Of a stretch of DNA of 32,000 nt, positions 1 to 10,589 are shown one piece after another. Source of the stretch: Synechocystis sp. PCC 6803 substr. PCC-P. GTDB taxonomy: Bacteria; Cyanobacteriota; Cyanobacteriia; Cyanobacteriales; Microcystaceae. A program made the translations under genes and the position numbers. The DNA lies in assembly GCF_000284455.1 (NCBI RefSeq), contig NC_017039.1:600001-632000 (forward strand). The letters are read 5' to 3'. Within the stretch, counting starts at the first letter, position 1. Each line of letters begins with the position of its first letter. The notes beneath the pieces are model-generated. The model did not search any database. It saw nothing but the letters and a program-made list of their open reading frames with translations, and had not been told where the DNA came from.

Positions 1-11
1 AAACAAATTGC

Positions 12-935
12 TTAAAAATCAAAGAACTTTTGCCGGGGGTTAAAGGTTTCCTTTTCCCGAATTCTACGGTAAAGCTCCAATTCCTCTGGGCTGGGTTCCG
101 GGGGAATTTCCACCCGAATTTCCACTAACTGGTCTCCCCGATCGCCTTGGTTGTTGGGAAAGCCCTTTTTGGCCAAACGTAGTTTTTGACCATTTTTTAA
201 ACCCGCTGGCACAGTCATTTTCACCAGGCCGTCAATGGTCATCACCTCAATAGCGCCCCCCAAAATGGCTTCACTGGGAGTTACGGGCACCTGGCAAGCA
301 ATGTCCGTCCCCTGGAGAGTAAATAACGGGTGGGGAGAAAGGTTGATTTTTAGATATAGATCGCCCCCATTAATGCCCTGTTGCTTGAGGCGAATCCGTT
401 GCCCATCCCCCATGCCCCCAGGCATTTCCACCTCCAAAGAACGGCCATCTTCCAAACGAATTCTTTCCTTGCCTCCCCGGTAGGCTTTTTCCAACGGCAG
501 GGTCAAATTGGCTTCCACATCCCTGGGCACAGGGCGGGCGGGGGACACCACTTTCGTGCGTCTAGTTTCACTAAAATCTTGCCATGACTGCGCCGGCTGA
601 CGGGTTCCAGTGCGCCCAGTGGGGGTACGAACTTGGCCATTGACACTTGTTCCGTTAGGCGATCGCCCACCGTTACTATTGGGGCTAAAACGACTGGTGG
701 GGGGACGGCGGAATCGGCCAAATAAACGACTATCTAATTCCCGGCGCTTGGTTTCATCGGAAAGGACATCGTAGGCTTCGTTAATATCTTTAAATTTCTC
801 TTCCGCTGTTTTATCGTTGGGGTTAACATCAGGATGATACTGACGAGCTAGCTTCCGAAAAGACTTTTTAATCTCTTCAGCAGTGGCATTGCGGGGAACT
901 CCCAAAATTTGATAATAATTCCGCACTTGTTCCAT
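12..935 (-). CDS. dnaJ: DnaJ-type co-chaperone, type III-like (J domain plus C-terminal substrate-binding domain, no CXXCXGXG zinc finger)
   Basis: Protein starts [42 protein letters not shown] with the HPD motif; Gly/Asn/Thr/Arg-rich linker; C-terminal DnaJ_C-like region; no cysteine repeats. Confidence 0.93.
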   Translation of the reverse strand: MEQVRNYYQILGVPRNATAEEIKKSFRKLARQYHPDVNPNDKTAEEKFKDINEAYDVLSDETKRRELDSRLFGRFRRPPTSRFSPNSNGGRSPNGTSVNGQVRTPTGRTGTRQPAQSWQDFSETRRTKVVSPARPVPRDVEANLTLPLEKAYRGGKERIRLEDGRSLEVEMPGGMGDGQRIRLKQQGINGGDLYLKINLSPHPLFTLQGTDIACQVPVTPSEAILGGAIEVMTIDGLVKMTVPAGLKNGQKLRLAKKGFPNNQGDRGDQLVEIRVEIPPEPSPEELELYRRIREKETFNPRQKFFDF

Positions 936-1043
936 AGGGTTGCCAGAAAATACTCGCTCAATCCACTCAAACTAACTCAGGTCGAGGTTACAGGGGTAAA
1001 TCATCAACGGTTTTTACCGTCTTTGGTCAACGAACTTTTGACA

Positions 1044-3359
1044 TTAGAACCAATCATCATCGTCATCATCCCAACCGTTTTGTAATGGGGCATTGCGACC
1101 GGGCTGGGCAGGCCGTTCCCCATAGCGGCCATTGCCTCCCCGACCAGAACGACTGGGGGCATTTTCCCGATAATCGTAATCCTTCTGGCGATCGCCTCTA
1201 GAGTAATCATCCTGGGGGCTAGAACGGCGATCGTCGTAGGTACCCCCTAAACTCTCTCCTTGGTAAGGTCGTTGTCTGGTGACCCTGGACTGGTCCCAAT
1301 CAGCATAGGCGGTGGAACGGTAATCTTTGCTCAAGGAAGGGCCCCGGCCAGCGCCAGCCCTGGGCATGGGTGCCTCTCGACGGGAAGGGGCGTTGTAGTT
1401 GTAATCGTCATAGCGACCGTAGTCATTACCTCCCCGATAATCATCCCTGGGAGCAGGGCGACGGTTGTAGTAATCATCATCGTCATCGAAATCGCCAGTG
1501 AAGGTTTTCTTAATCGCTTCGAAAAAGCCTTCTTCCTTGTCGTCATACTGCAGACGCACTTCCCGATTTAACTCGTACAACACATCCTGCAAATCTGCCT
1601 GGGCCCGGTCTAACCGACGCTCATCATCTTTTTCCAGACTGTCTAAAATTTCACTGCACAACGCATCCACTTGACGACGGTAGGACACGGTGAACGCACT
1701 GCCGAAATCCAGGGTAACTTCCTTGAGCCGCCGCTGAGCCTGATCCGTTAATGCCTTAGCACTGTTGCGTTTTTCAATGCGTTCCCGCCGTTCCCGGTCC
1801 TGGGCGGCAAAGGTTTCTGCTTCTTGGATCATGCGATTGACTTCCCCTTCACTGAGGATGGAAGCCCCTTGGACTGTAATGCTTTGCTCCCGGCCGGTGG
1901 TTTTGTCCCTCGCTGTCACCTGCAAAATACCGTTAGCGTCAATGTCGAAGGAAACCTGCACCTGGGGCACTCCCCTGGGAGCCGGCGGAATACCGCTCAG
2001 TTTAAAACGACCGAGGGAAATATTATCGCTGGCCATTTCCCGTTCCCCTTGGAGCACGTGGACTTCCACTACGGTTTGATTATTTTCCCCGGTGGAAAAA
2101 ATGTCCGATTTACGCACTGGAATGGTGGTGTTGCGGGGCAGTAATTTTTTCATCACGCCGCCAATGGTTTCCAACCCAAAGGAAAGGGGGGTTACATCCA
2201 GCAGCAAGATATCTTTCACTTCCCCGTCCAAAATGCCCGCCTGGATTGCCGCTCCGATCGCCACTACTTCATCGGGGTTGACGTTTTCGTTGGGTTCCCG
2301 GTCAATGAAACTACGGACAAGGCCTTTGACCATGGGCATACGGGTGCCACCTCCCACTAGCACCACTTCATCGATTTGTACCGGACTCAAGCCCGCATCT
2401 TTCAGCACCCGTTTAACGGGTCTTTGCAGACGAGTAACTAAATCTCCACATAAATCTTCAAATTCCGAACGGCTCAACTGGGTTTCCAAATGTTTGGGAC
2501 CGTCTTCCGTAGCGGTGATGAAGGGTAAATTAATTTCCGTAGTACCGACCCCAGAAAGTTCAATTTTGGCCTTTTCCGCCGCTTCGGTTAACCTTTGTAG
2601 GGCCTGGCGATCCTGCCGTAAATCCACTTTCTCCGCTTCTAAAAACTTTTCCGCTAGCCAATCCACAATGCGGCGATCAAAATCGTTACCCCCCAACTGG
2701 GTATCACCGCTGGTGGCCTTAACTTCAAAAATGCCGTCCCCCACTTCCAACACAGAAACATCAAAGGTGCCGCCCCCTAGGTCAAACACCAGGATTTTTT
2801 GTATCCGCCCCTGGTCTAAGCCGTAAGCTAAAGATGCCGCTGTGGGTTCGTTGATAATCCGTAGCACTTCCAGCCCGGCAATTTTCCCCGCATCTCTAGT
2901 GGCTTGCCGTTGGGAATCGTTAAAGTAGGCAGGCACAGTAATCACAGCTCCGGTGACCTTTTCCCCCAGGTAGCGGCTGGCTTCTTCGGCCAACTTCCGC
3001 AAAATCATGGCGGAAATTTCTTCCGGGGCAAAGTCTTTTTTCAGCCGGGGACAACGCACTTTAATGTTATCCCGGTCATCCCGCCGGATGGTGTAGGCTA
3101 CTCGTTTAGATTCTGGAGTTAAATCAGTGTAACGCCTCCCCATAAAACGTTTGACGCCATAGAAAGTATTTTGGGGATTGAGCACCGCTTGCCGCCGGCC
3201 CATCTGACCCACCACCAATTCCCCTTCTTTGTTGAACCCCACCACGGAGGGGGTAGTACGCATGCCTTCCGCATTGGCGATGACAATGGGTTTGCCGCCT
3301 TCCATGACGGCCACAACTGAATTGGTAGTTCCAAGGTCAATTCCGACGACTTTTCCCAT
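1044..3359 (-). CDS. dnaK3: Hsp70 chaperone DnaK3 (cyanobacterial DnaK with long disordered C-terminal tail)
   Basis: [24 protein letters not shown] start; the track ORF runs to 3425 but the conserved N-terminus begins at the ATG at 3359 (771 aa). [13 protein letters not shown] and VGGGTRMP motifs; charged tail ending WDDDDDDWF. Confidence 0.95.
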   Translation of the reverse strand: MGKVVGIDLGTTNSVVAVMEGGKPIVIANAEGMRTTPSVVGFNKEGELVVGQMGRRQAVLNPQNTFYGVKRFMGRRYTDLTPESKRVAYTIRRDDRDNIKVRCPRLKKDFAPEEISAMILRKLAEEASRYLGEKVTGAVITVPAYFNDSQRQATRDAGKIAGLEVLRIINEPTAASLAYGLDQGRIQKILVFDLGGGTFDVSVLEVGDGIFEVKATSGDTQLGGNDFDRRIVDWLAEKFLEAEKVDLRQDRQALQRLTEAAEKAKIELSGVGTTEINLPFITATEDGPKHLETQLSRSEFEDLCGDLVTRLQRPVKRVLKDAGLSPVQIDEVVLVGGGTRMPMVKGLVRSFIDREPNENVNPDEVVAIGAAIQAGILDGEVKDILLLDVTPLSFGLETIGGVMKKLLPRNTTIPVRKSDIFSTGENNQTVVEVHVLQGEREMASDNISLGRFKLSGIPPAPRGVPQVQVSFDIDANGILQVTARDKTTGREQSITVQGASILSEGEVNRMIQEAETFAAQDRERRERIEKRNSAKALTDQAQRRLKEVTLDFGSAFTVSYRRQVDALCSEILDSLEKDDERRLDRAQADLQDVLYELNREVRLQYDDKEEGFFEAIKKTFTGDFDDDDDYYNRRPAPRDDYRGGNDYGRYDDYNYNAPSRREAPMPRAGAGRGPSLSKDYRSTAYADWDQSRVTRQRPYQGESLGGTYDDRRSSPQDDYSRGDRQKDYDYRENAPSRSGRGGNGRYGERPAQPGRNAPLQNGWDDDDDDWF

Positions 3360-3544
3360 GTTGTTTTCTTTGCTCCCAAAATTTGCAGAGCGGTTAATAC
3401 TCGTTAACACTAGGCACTTGCCCAACCATTATAGGAGTTTGGGGCGGGACCCTGGGCAAACTTCAACCTAGACCATAAAACCCCAACCAATGGGCCAGGG
3501 TTTTACAGACAAATTAGCAGATTGGGGAACGATGTTAATTCAAA

Positions 3545-4828
3545 TCAGGCGATCACCGCTACGGGAATGCGGAGATGATCATAGAGGGGGAAACCAGCAC
3601 AAAGTTCACTGACCCGGCGCAGACAATCCGCTTTTACGCCTTCATCTTCCGGGGACAACAGGCGATCGGCAATGATGTTGGCAATGGTGCGGAATTCGTC
3701 TTCCTGCATACCCCTGGTGGTCATGGCAGGGGAGCCCAGGCGCAAACCACTGGTGACAAAGGGAGATTCGGGGTCAAAGGGCACCGTGTTTTTGTTGGCG
3801 GTGATGTTGATTTCTCCCAACAGTTGATCGCCCACTTTGCCGGTCATGGCGATTGAGCGCAGGTCTACCAACATTAAATGGTTATCGGTGCCGCCGGATA
3901 CCAGGTCAAAGCCCCGTTTTTGTAACTGGTCGGCCATGGCTTGGGCGTTGGCGATTACCTGGCCAGAATAAACCTTAAATTCTGGTTTCAGCGCTTCCCC
4001 AAAGGCCACTGCTTTAGCGGTAATGACGTGCTCCAAAGGGCCGCCCTGGGTGCCAGGAAAGACGGATTTGTCGAATTTTTTGCCTAATTCCTCATTATTG
4101 GTCATGATCAAACCACCCCGGGGACCCCGCAGGGTTTTATGGGTGGTGGTGGTGACGACATCGCAATAGGGCAAGGGACTGGGATGGTGTCCTGAAGCCA
4201 CTAAACCGGCAATGTGGGCAATGTCTGCCATTAGGTATGCTCCCACTTCGTCGGCGATCGCCCGGAATTTATCAAACTCGATTTGTCGGGGATAGGCAGA
4301 GTAGCCACAAATCAACAGTTTGGGTTTAACTTCCAGAGCCTGTTGGCGGATTTTGTCGTAATCTAACCGACCCGTTTCCTTTTCCACACCGTAGTGGGCC
4401 ACTTCGAACCATTTACCAGAAACGTTGACAGGGGAACCGTGGGTTAAATGGCCGCCGTGGGAAAGGTCCATGCCCATAATGGTGTCGCCGGGCTGGAGCA
4501 GGGTTAAAAATACGGCAAAATTGGCCTGGGCCCCGGAGTGGGGTTGGACGTTGGCGTGGGCAGCCCCAAATAACTCTTTGACTCGACTGATGGCTAGCGT
4601 TTCCGCTTGGTCCACAAATTCACAGCCGCCGTAATAGCGTTTACCCGGCAGACCTTCGGCATACTTATTGGTTAAGACGGAACCCTGGGCCGCCATTACT
4701 GCTGCTGAAGTGAAATTTTCGCTGGCAATCAATTCAATGTGGGTGCGTTGCCGTTGTAATTCCCGGTCAATGATGGCCGCAAGGGCGGGGTCGCTGGTGG
4801 CTAAAAAGTCGAGGTTGGTTTGATTCAC
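3545..4828 (-). CDS. glyA: Serine hydroxymethyltransferase
   Basis: 427 aa; [22 protein letters not shown], and PLP-lysine motif [13 protein letters not shown]. Start codon appears to be GTG. Confidence 0.97.
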   Translation of the reverse strand: MNQTNLDFLATSDPALAAIIDRELQRQRTHIELIASENFTSAAVMAAQGSVLTNKYAEGLPGKRYYGGCEFVDQAETLAISRVKELFGAAHANVQPHSGAQANFAVFLTLLQPGDTIMGMDLSHGGHLTHGSPVNVSGKWFEVAHYGVEKETGRLDYDKIRQQALEVKPKLLICGYSAYPRQIEFDKFRAIADEVGAYLMADIAHIAGLVASGHHPSPLPYCDVVTTTTHKTLRGPRGGLIMTNNEELGKKFDKSVFPGTQGGPLEHVITAKAVAFGEALKPEFKVYSGQVIANAQAMADQLQKRGFDLVSGGTDNHLMLVDLRSIAMTGKVGDQLLGEINITANKNTVPFDPESPFVTSGLRLGSPAMTTRGMQEDEFRTIANIIADRLLSPEDEGVKADCLRRVSELCAGFPLYDHLRIPVAVIA

Positions 4829-5059
4829 GTCTTATCTTCCTGTAAACAGTGCTGGGGGCGGAAAGCACCGCGCTTCTTGAGTATTTACTAAGTTTATCGG
4901 AAAACCGGGTCTAAAACCCCGTCTTTCAGAGTGTGATATCTACAAAGCCACCTGTTACGGAGCGTGAAGCCGTTGTGACACTGAGTTGTCAAAAGATATT
5001 CGAGATCCGGACACTGAGGTCTACCTGAGTACAGTTTCCGTCTGGGAAGAAATTGTCAA

Positions 5060-5436
5060 GAGTTTCAAGAAAGTAATGAGAGGCGCCAGTTGTGTAGTGG
5101 TTCTATGTTACCACTGACCCTGAATTTGGCAAATATTGCCATGGTGATATCCACCATGTAGGCTGACCTGGAGAAAACTTTCGTGCGGCGATGAAATCTA
5201 GCAAACCAATGGCGATTATCTGAGTTGTTTCTCTCAATTCCTACTGTTTCTCTTTTGCTAATCCCATGAAACGCATCGGGATGTTCATCCAGTAGTTGTT
5301 GATAGGGCCCCCAGTCATCGGTGTAGTACACGGTCACTTTCCACTTTGCCAGTCTCTCCAGCAAACGACTCAGGGTTTGAATATCACGATCAATCAACTG
5401 AATGGTGAAAAGCCCAGTAGTTTTTACTATATCCAA
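5060..5436 (-). pseudogene. 5'-truncated IS1-family transposase fragment (C-terminal catalytic part)
   Basis: ORF contains YYTDDWGPYQQLLDEHPDAFHGISKRETVGIERNNSDNRHWFARFHRRTKVFSRSAYMVDITMAIFAKFR, typical of IS1 InsB C-termini. The InsA/zinc-finger part is missing. A similar copy lies at ~8810-9340 in opposite orientation. Confidence 0.85.
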
Positions 5437-5574
5437 ATTTCATACAAAAGCAACCTAAATAGCTCAGAGGTACTATTTCTGTCCCGGCTCTCATCTTTTT
5501 TGAATTTTCACTACATAGATAACACTGATAATAGTACCTTTGTTTTATTCTACCTACGATAATAGAAGAGCGAT

Positions 5575-6521
5575 AACTTCGGCAGTGCAAAACTCCGGTT
5601 TGAATTACAAAGCATATAGTAGTTTCAAATAAAGCTGAGACGCTAAACGCCACGGTAAGAACGGATAATTTCATCAAGAGACGTGTCAATAGGAGCGTAC
5701 ATTCTAGCTCGTTTCAAGGCACTAAAGTCATGCTCAATATCATTTAAATCAGGAGAATATTTCGGCAAAAAAAGAACTTCATGACCTGCTTCTTTAGCCA
5801 ATTCTTTAATGGCAGTTTTACGATGAATAGGAGCATTATCCACTATTAATATTGATGGAATGTCGAGGGAGGGTAGCAAATATAATTTTAACCATCCTTC
5901 AAAGCCTTCTGCATTCAAACTCCCGGTAAAAACCATCGGCGCAATCAAATCTTTTTTTCCTTTTCTTCTCCCTGCTACTAGATTTTCTCTGACTCCCCTT
6001 TTTCCTTGTCTATCTCCATAAACTTTTTTTCCTTTTTTTGACCAGGCATAAATACAAGCCTGGATTGCTTCGAATCCAGATTCATCTATGTAAACTATAG
6101 CTTGACTACCATAGAGCTTAATTAGTTCTCTTAACATTCTATAGTACTTAACTCGTTCCTCCCGGTTTCTTTCTCGATAACGTAGTTCTTTTTTTTTCTG
6201 TTTATTTTCATTTTCTTTAATGCGTAATATACGGCACTCGGCCTCACTCCAAATTTCTTGGCTCTGTCTATCAATCTTGCATCGGGATTTTCTTCTACGT
6301 CTTTTTTTAGAGCTTCCCAGTCTAATTTCCTATGGCGACGCTCTACTTTTGTTGGGCTTAAATCTACTCTATTTAACCATCTGTATATCGAGGCTTTTCC
6401 TATTTTATATATCTTGGAAGCCTCAGTTATTTTTCCTCCAGCTTCTATATAAGCTACTACCCTTTGCCTTAAATCTAAACTGTAAGCTATTGTTTAAACC
6501 TGTTCATTTTGTACACTCCAT
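5575..6521 (-). mobile_element. ISY100-like (IS630/Tc1-mariner superfamily) insertion sequence, ~947 bp, probably decayed
   Basis: Transposase reading frame 6490..5643 with DDE-type motifs (VYIDESGFE, LIVDNAPIH, YSPDLNDIEH). Imperfect terminal inverted repeats: left ggcagtg-caaaactccggtttgaa near 5581-5603; right, reverse complement, ggagtgtacaaaatgaacaggtttaaa near 6494-6520. TA dinucleotides at both proposed ends. Confidence 0.75.
5643..6490 (-). pseudogene. ISY100-like transposase in two frames, joined by a -1 shift at A9 (6189-6197), lacking a canonical start codon
   Basis: C-terminal frame is 5643..6137 and open upstream. N-terminal frame reads (I)AYSLDLRQRVVAYIEAGGKITEASKIYKIGKASIYRWLNRV...MKINRKKK. 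The frames meet at nine A residues on the minus strand. The expected ATG is ATA and is preceded by an in-frame TAA. Confidence 0.75.
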
Positions 6522-6566
6522 AATTTTACATTAAATTCTCTCATCGTTAATTGAAATGACTATAGT

Positions 6567-8696
6567 TCAAAAATTAACCGAAGAATTAAAGCTCTCGCGT
6601 GGATTCCATTGGATAGCTCCCTGTCCCGTGACCCACAATTGACCTCGATATTTTCCTATTGCTTGCTCCAAATTTTTGCTTACATAGGGTGCAATGGCGA
6701 TCGCCGTGGGAGGTCGTAAACTATCCAACCAACTGTAGGGAAAAAACTGACCAACCCAGATGATAATTTGGGGTCGTTGATCCAGCGGCAACTTCAAAGC
6801 AGTTTGATCTTTCTGGGGAACTTGTAGAAAAATCCACCAGCGTTTTTGAGCAAATTCCAGTTGCAAAATCCCTGGGCTGATGGCTACCCAACTCAGATGG
6901 GCGCAGGAAGGCGGTAGCGGTTGACCAATTATGGCGGGGGTGATGGTTAGTTTACAGTCAACTTGATTAATGCCCTTTTGAGCTAGGAAGGGAGCTAACA
7001 ATCTTGGTGCAGATTGATCCTCCGCCCTAGTAATGGTGGTTACTGCGCCTGGACTCTGGGCCACAATGACAGGAAATTCTTTACTATCAAAAATGGTCAA
7101 TTCCACCCTAGTTTGCAGGCTAAAAATCAGGGGTAAAATAATGGTGCCCAGTAAAAATGTGGAAACCAAACCCCAACGCCGTCGCCACCAGGGAAAGGCC
7201 CAGATCAAACAAAAAGCGCCGTACATTATGACCACTTGTCCTAAGCCCACTTCCCCCACTGCCACGGTGGGTAATTGTTGAAATTGGTCGGCGATCGCCA
7301 TTAACCAACGGGCAGGGAAAGCTAGCAACCAACCAGTGGCACTACCCAGGGGGGGAAAAATGAGCGCACATAGAGCACTGACCATTCCCCCCAAGCTCAA
7401 CAGGGCTAACAAAGGGGTAATTAGAATATTAAGGGGTAAGGCAGCAGGGATAAAATAGCCAAATTGTTGCAGAAGTATGGGTGTAGTCCAAACACTTGCT
7501 GCTAAGGGCACTGCTATCACCCCGGCAATTTTTCCTGGCAAAAAATCCAGCCGTTGCTGTAAGGGAGGCACCATCACCACAATGCCTAAAGTGGCTAAAA
7601 AACTGAGTTGAAAGCCCAACGCTTGGCTCCAGACGGGGTTAACCAATAGCATCACTGTGGCAATGAGCAATAACGCCCCCACGGTGTTTAATTTTTGTTC
7701 GCTGGCCAGGGCCGCCATTACCCCCACCCAGAGTAAACTAGCCCGGATTACTGAAGGTTCCAGCCCTGTTAAGCCCAGGTAAAATGCCAGGGTAATTAGC
7801 CCGACGGCGATCGCCAATTTAGAACTGACACCGGCCTTTTTGCCCAGGAGCAATACAGTCCCCACCAGTAGGGAAACTTGATAACCAGAGGCAGCCAGGA
7901 AATGGGAAAGCCCCACCGATTGGAAAAGATTGCGTAATTCCGTGGGCAAATTAACCGCTTTGGCGCCCAAGACAATGGAACTAATTAGCAAGCCAGGCCA
8001 TTGCCCTTGCCCCTGGACTGGTAACCAGGCTGTCTGGGCGTTGACAATTCTTTGTCGCAGGGGATTGAGACCGCAAAATTTTTCCCCCACTAGAGTCGCC
8101 GTTTCTCCTCTTAACCCGGCAAAAATACCCTGACGGGCCAAATATTGAGCAAAATTAAAGGCCCCCGGATTCTGGGGGGTACTGGGACGGTACAGCAAAC
8201 CTGTAACCCGTATTTGCTGGCATTGTTGCCAGGGTTGTTCTCCCATGGGCAAAGTCAGGTAAACAGTGCCAGAACGGGGCCGAAATTCTTTTTCGGGCGG
8301 CCGTTGCAGCTGCTCTACCTTGAGCCAAAATTGTTGTTGCCCTTGGGCGTTTTCTCTCCCTCCAGCCTTCAATGTACCGATCGCCGTGATGGTCTGAAAA
8401 CTTTTGGCCGGAGGATCTAGAAGGCGGCTAATGTCAGTTAAACCAGGCTGGGGCATGCGCCAAAGGGCGTAATAACTGGCCAGCAACGCAATTATTCCCG
8501 CCAGTAACCATTGCCATCTGGTTGGGCCCCGTCGCCAAACTAAGGGTAGAAAAATAATGGCGATCGTCGTAGCAAAAAACCACAGCCCAGCCAGCACAAT
8601 CAATTGATTAAGATTGAAAAAATCAACATCAAGCCCCGTCCCCAACAATCCCAGAATAAAGCTAAGACAAATTAAGGCCAGGGGATGGAAGCGCAT
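6567..8696 (-). CDS. comEC: ComEC/Rec2-family competence protein (DNA uptake channel)
   Basis: 709 aa, multiple TM helices; competence-domain motifs GLSHFLAASGYQVSLL and GLTGLEPSVIRASLLW; N-terminal DUF4131-like region. Confidence 0.9.
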   Translation of the reverse strand: MRFHPLALICLSFILGLLGTGLDVDFFNLNQLIVLAGLWFFATTIAIIFLPLVWRRGPTRWQWLLAGIIALLASYYALWRMPQPGLTDISRLLDPPAKSFQTITAIGTLKAGGRENAQGQQQFWLKVEQLQRPPEKEFRPRSGTVYLTLPMGEQPWQQCQQIRVTGLLYRPSTPQNPGAFNFAQYLARQGIFAGLRGETATLVGEKFCGLNPLRQRIVNAQTAWLPVQGQGQWPGLLISSIVLGAKAVNLPTELRNLFQSVGLSHFLAASGYQVSLLVGTVLLLGKKAGVSSKLAIAVGLITLAFYLGLTGLEPSVIRASLLWVGVMAALASEQKLNTVGALLLIATVMLLVNPVWSQALGFQLSFLATLGIVVMVPPLQQRLDFLPGKIAGVIAVPLAASVWTTPILLQQFGYFIPAALPLNILITPLLALLSLGGMVSALCALIFPPLGSATGWLLAFPARWLMAIADQFQQLPTVAVGEVGLGQVVIMYGAFCLIWAFPWWRRRWGLVSTFLLGTIILPLIFSLQTRVELTIFDSKEFPVIVAQSPGAVTTITRAEDQSAPRLLAPFLAQKGINQVDCKLTITPAIIGQPLPPSCAHLSWVAISPGILQLEFAQKRWWIFLQVPQKDQTALKLPLDQRPQIIIWVGQFFPYSWLDSLRPPTAIAIAPYVSKNLEQAIGKYRGQLWVTGQGAIQWNPRESFNSSVNF

Positions 8697-8809
8697 CAGT
8701 TTAACTCCATATCAAGTTTCCGAAAATTTCCTTGATTAGGGGAAATAACGGGAGACAAGTTTTTACAGTGGTTAGGGTATTTGCGTGTCACAGTAAAAAC
8801 TCAGCAGAA

Positions 8810-9340
8810 TAAGCGTTATGACAGCTTTATCGGTGTCAAGTTGCCAATATCAATTCACTAATCTCTCCAAGGAATGGGGTAAACCTCTCTGGATGAAACT
8901 AGAAGCGGTCTTAATGTACATGAGTGGCATGTCAATGAATGCTACAGCAAAACTATTGTGAGTTTCTACTCAGTCAGTGCTCAACTGGATTAGGGATTTT
9001 GGCGAAGCAAACTACGAGAAACCAGCTCCAGACTCAGCAATCGTAGTAGAATTAGACGGACTGTGGCATTTTCTTCTGACTGGAGGCCCTATCAATAACT
9101 GCTGAAGAACATCCCGATACTTTTCATGGGATTAGCAAAAGAGAAACAGTGGGAATTGAGAGAAACAACTCAGATAATCGTCATTAGTTTGCTAGATTTC
9201 ATCGCCGCACGAAAGTCGTCTCCAGGTCAGCCCACATGGTTGATATCACCATGGAAATCTTTGCTAAATTCAGGGTCAATGGTAGTATGGAACTATTGCC
9301 CAACTGGTACTTCTCATTACTTTCTTGAAACTCTCTAAAT
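8810..9340 (+). pseudogene. Decayed IS1-family insertion sequence with stops, frameshifts and an internal deletion
   Basis: Frame-hopping translation gives CQYQFTNLSKEWGKPLWMKLEAVLMYMSGMSMNATAKLL*VSTQSVLNWIRDFGEANYEKPAPDSAIVVELDGLWHF, then GISKRETVGIERNNSDNRH*FARFHRRTKVVSRSAHMVDITMEIFAKFR. The last ~260 nt are near-identical to the reverse complement of ~5060-5317. Confidence 0.82.
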
Positions 9341-9570
9341 TCCCGGCAAGGAACAGGGAAAAACTGAATGAAGGCAAACTTTATCCCCGCTTAGGTGTTT
9401 TACCGAAAACCGTCGTAAAGCTTCTGGTTTGAGCCATGGGTAATATAGTGTGTCAACGTTTAAATATCTGACCATGGCCCGTCAGCAAACTGCAAATGGA
9501 GCCCAGTCTCCTCGGAGTAAAAAAATTTTTGTATAATTCCGGGAACGGTATTTCTCCTTACTCCGCCTGA

Positions 9571-10155
9571 ATGGTCAAGTCCACCCCTTCTCCTCTCCTC
9601 TCCGTTGCAATTCGTGCGGCTACGGTGGAAGATATTCCGCCCCTGGCCAATCTCCTAATTAAAAGTTTCCATCCCCCCCAAAACTGGTTGATGTGGAGCT
9701 ATCCTTTTTTGCGCCTGGGCATCACAGAAGATCTGAGGCTACGCATGCGCCATGGCGATAATGCCTACCATTGCCTCATTGCGGTTAATTCAGATAACGG
9801 AGAAATACTTGGCACCGCTGAAGTTTCCCTCAAACACTGGTTCACCCGCCCCAAAACCACTGCCTACATTTCTAACCTAGCCGTGAGCCCCCAACATCGC
9901 CGCCTAGGGATCGCCAAGCAATTAATCCAAAAATGTGAAGCCATTGCCGACCAGTGGCAGTGCCGTCGCCTTAGTCTCCATGTGATGGAAAATAATTTGG
10001 GCGCCCAAAATCTCTACCAAACCTTGGGATTCATTTATCAAGAAGCAGAATGGAGTTGGCGGGCTTGGCTATGGCAGAAACCCCGACGGTTACTATGGGA
10101 AAAGATTCTAACCACGGAAATTCTTTGTCCCACCCCTGTCCACCAAACCCCCTAA
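9571..10155 (+). CDS. GNAT-family N-acetyltransferase
   Basis: TTAYISNLAVSPQHRRLGIAKQLIQKCEAIADQWQCRRLSLHVMENNLGAQNLYQTLGFI is a classic acetyl-CoA-binding GNAT core. Confidence 0.9.
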   Translation: MVKSTPSPLLSVAIRAATVEDIPPLANLLIKSFHPPQNWLMWSYPFLRLGITEDLRLRMRHGDNAYHCLIAVNSDNGEILGTAEVSLKHWFTRPKTTAYISNLAVSPQHRRLGIAKQLIQKCEAIADQWQCRRLSLHVMENNLGAQNLYQTLGFIYQEAEWSWRAWLWQKPRRLLWEKILTTEILCPTPVHQTP

Positions 10156-10589
10156 TGACTTCCGCCGAAGCCTTACTGGAGCAGATCCAAAACAAACAAT
10201 CCCTAGTGATCAACCCCCGTCGTCGCAATGGGGTTATTTTAGTGAAGCCCTACCATGCTGAATTTGCTGGGCCAGGGGCCTTTGTGGGGGGAGACCTAGA
10301 CCAAGATGTGACCTTTTGTTACCCGGTGGGTAACCTTGCTTGGTTAACTCCTCCATCCTCCGCAGAGCAAATCAAGGCTTATCTAATTCGCCGACAGTGG
10401 ACTGTGTTAATCAAACAAATTGTTGATAATCCCATCGCCATGGAAAGGGCCCAGGTGATTTTAAATCAGCTAGAAAATTGGTTTGATGATGCCACGGTGG
10501 CGCTTTTGCCAGATTCTGCGGTGGCAACTTTAGTGGGGGTTTTACCTTCTACGGTACGGAGTGCCCGCACCAATGCAACGGTGTTTTAG
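10155..10589 (+). CDS. Hypothetical protein (~144 aa), likely translationally coupled to the upstream GNAT gene
   Basis: Preferred start MTSAEALLEQIQNKQSLVIN at 10155, sharing TAATG with the upstream stop. The longer track ORF starting at 10050 overlaps the GNAT gene. Confidence 0.65.
   Translation: MTSAEALLEQIQNKQSLVINPRRRNGVILVKPYHAEFAGPGAFVGGDLDQDVTFCYPVGNLAWLTPPSSAEQIKAYLIRRQWTVLIKQIVDNPIAMERAQVILNQLENWFDDATVALLPDSAVATLVGVLPSTVRSARTNATVF

Noticed and set aside
1260-3379. Several ORFs on the opposite strand inside dnaK3 (e.g. 1260..1571, 1765..2079, 1824..2144)
   Set aside because: They lie antisense within a clear dnaK3 coding sequence and have biased, non-protein-like composition.
4829-4930. 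Possible riboswitch in the glyA leader (gtgctttccgcccccagcac hairpin on the minus strand)
   Set aside because: Only a 5-bp stem; I found no glycine-riboswitch consensus elements.
5390-5689. ORFs 5390..5689 (-) and 5296..5562 (+) between IS fragments
   Set aside because: They span IS ends and remnant junctions and translate to sequence without a recognisable family.
9126-9338. ORF 9126..9338 (+), 70 aa
   Set aside because: It is an out-of-frame read of the IS1-like remnant; the real frame reads GISKRETVGIERNNSD.
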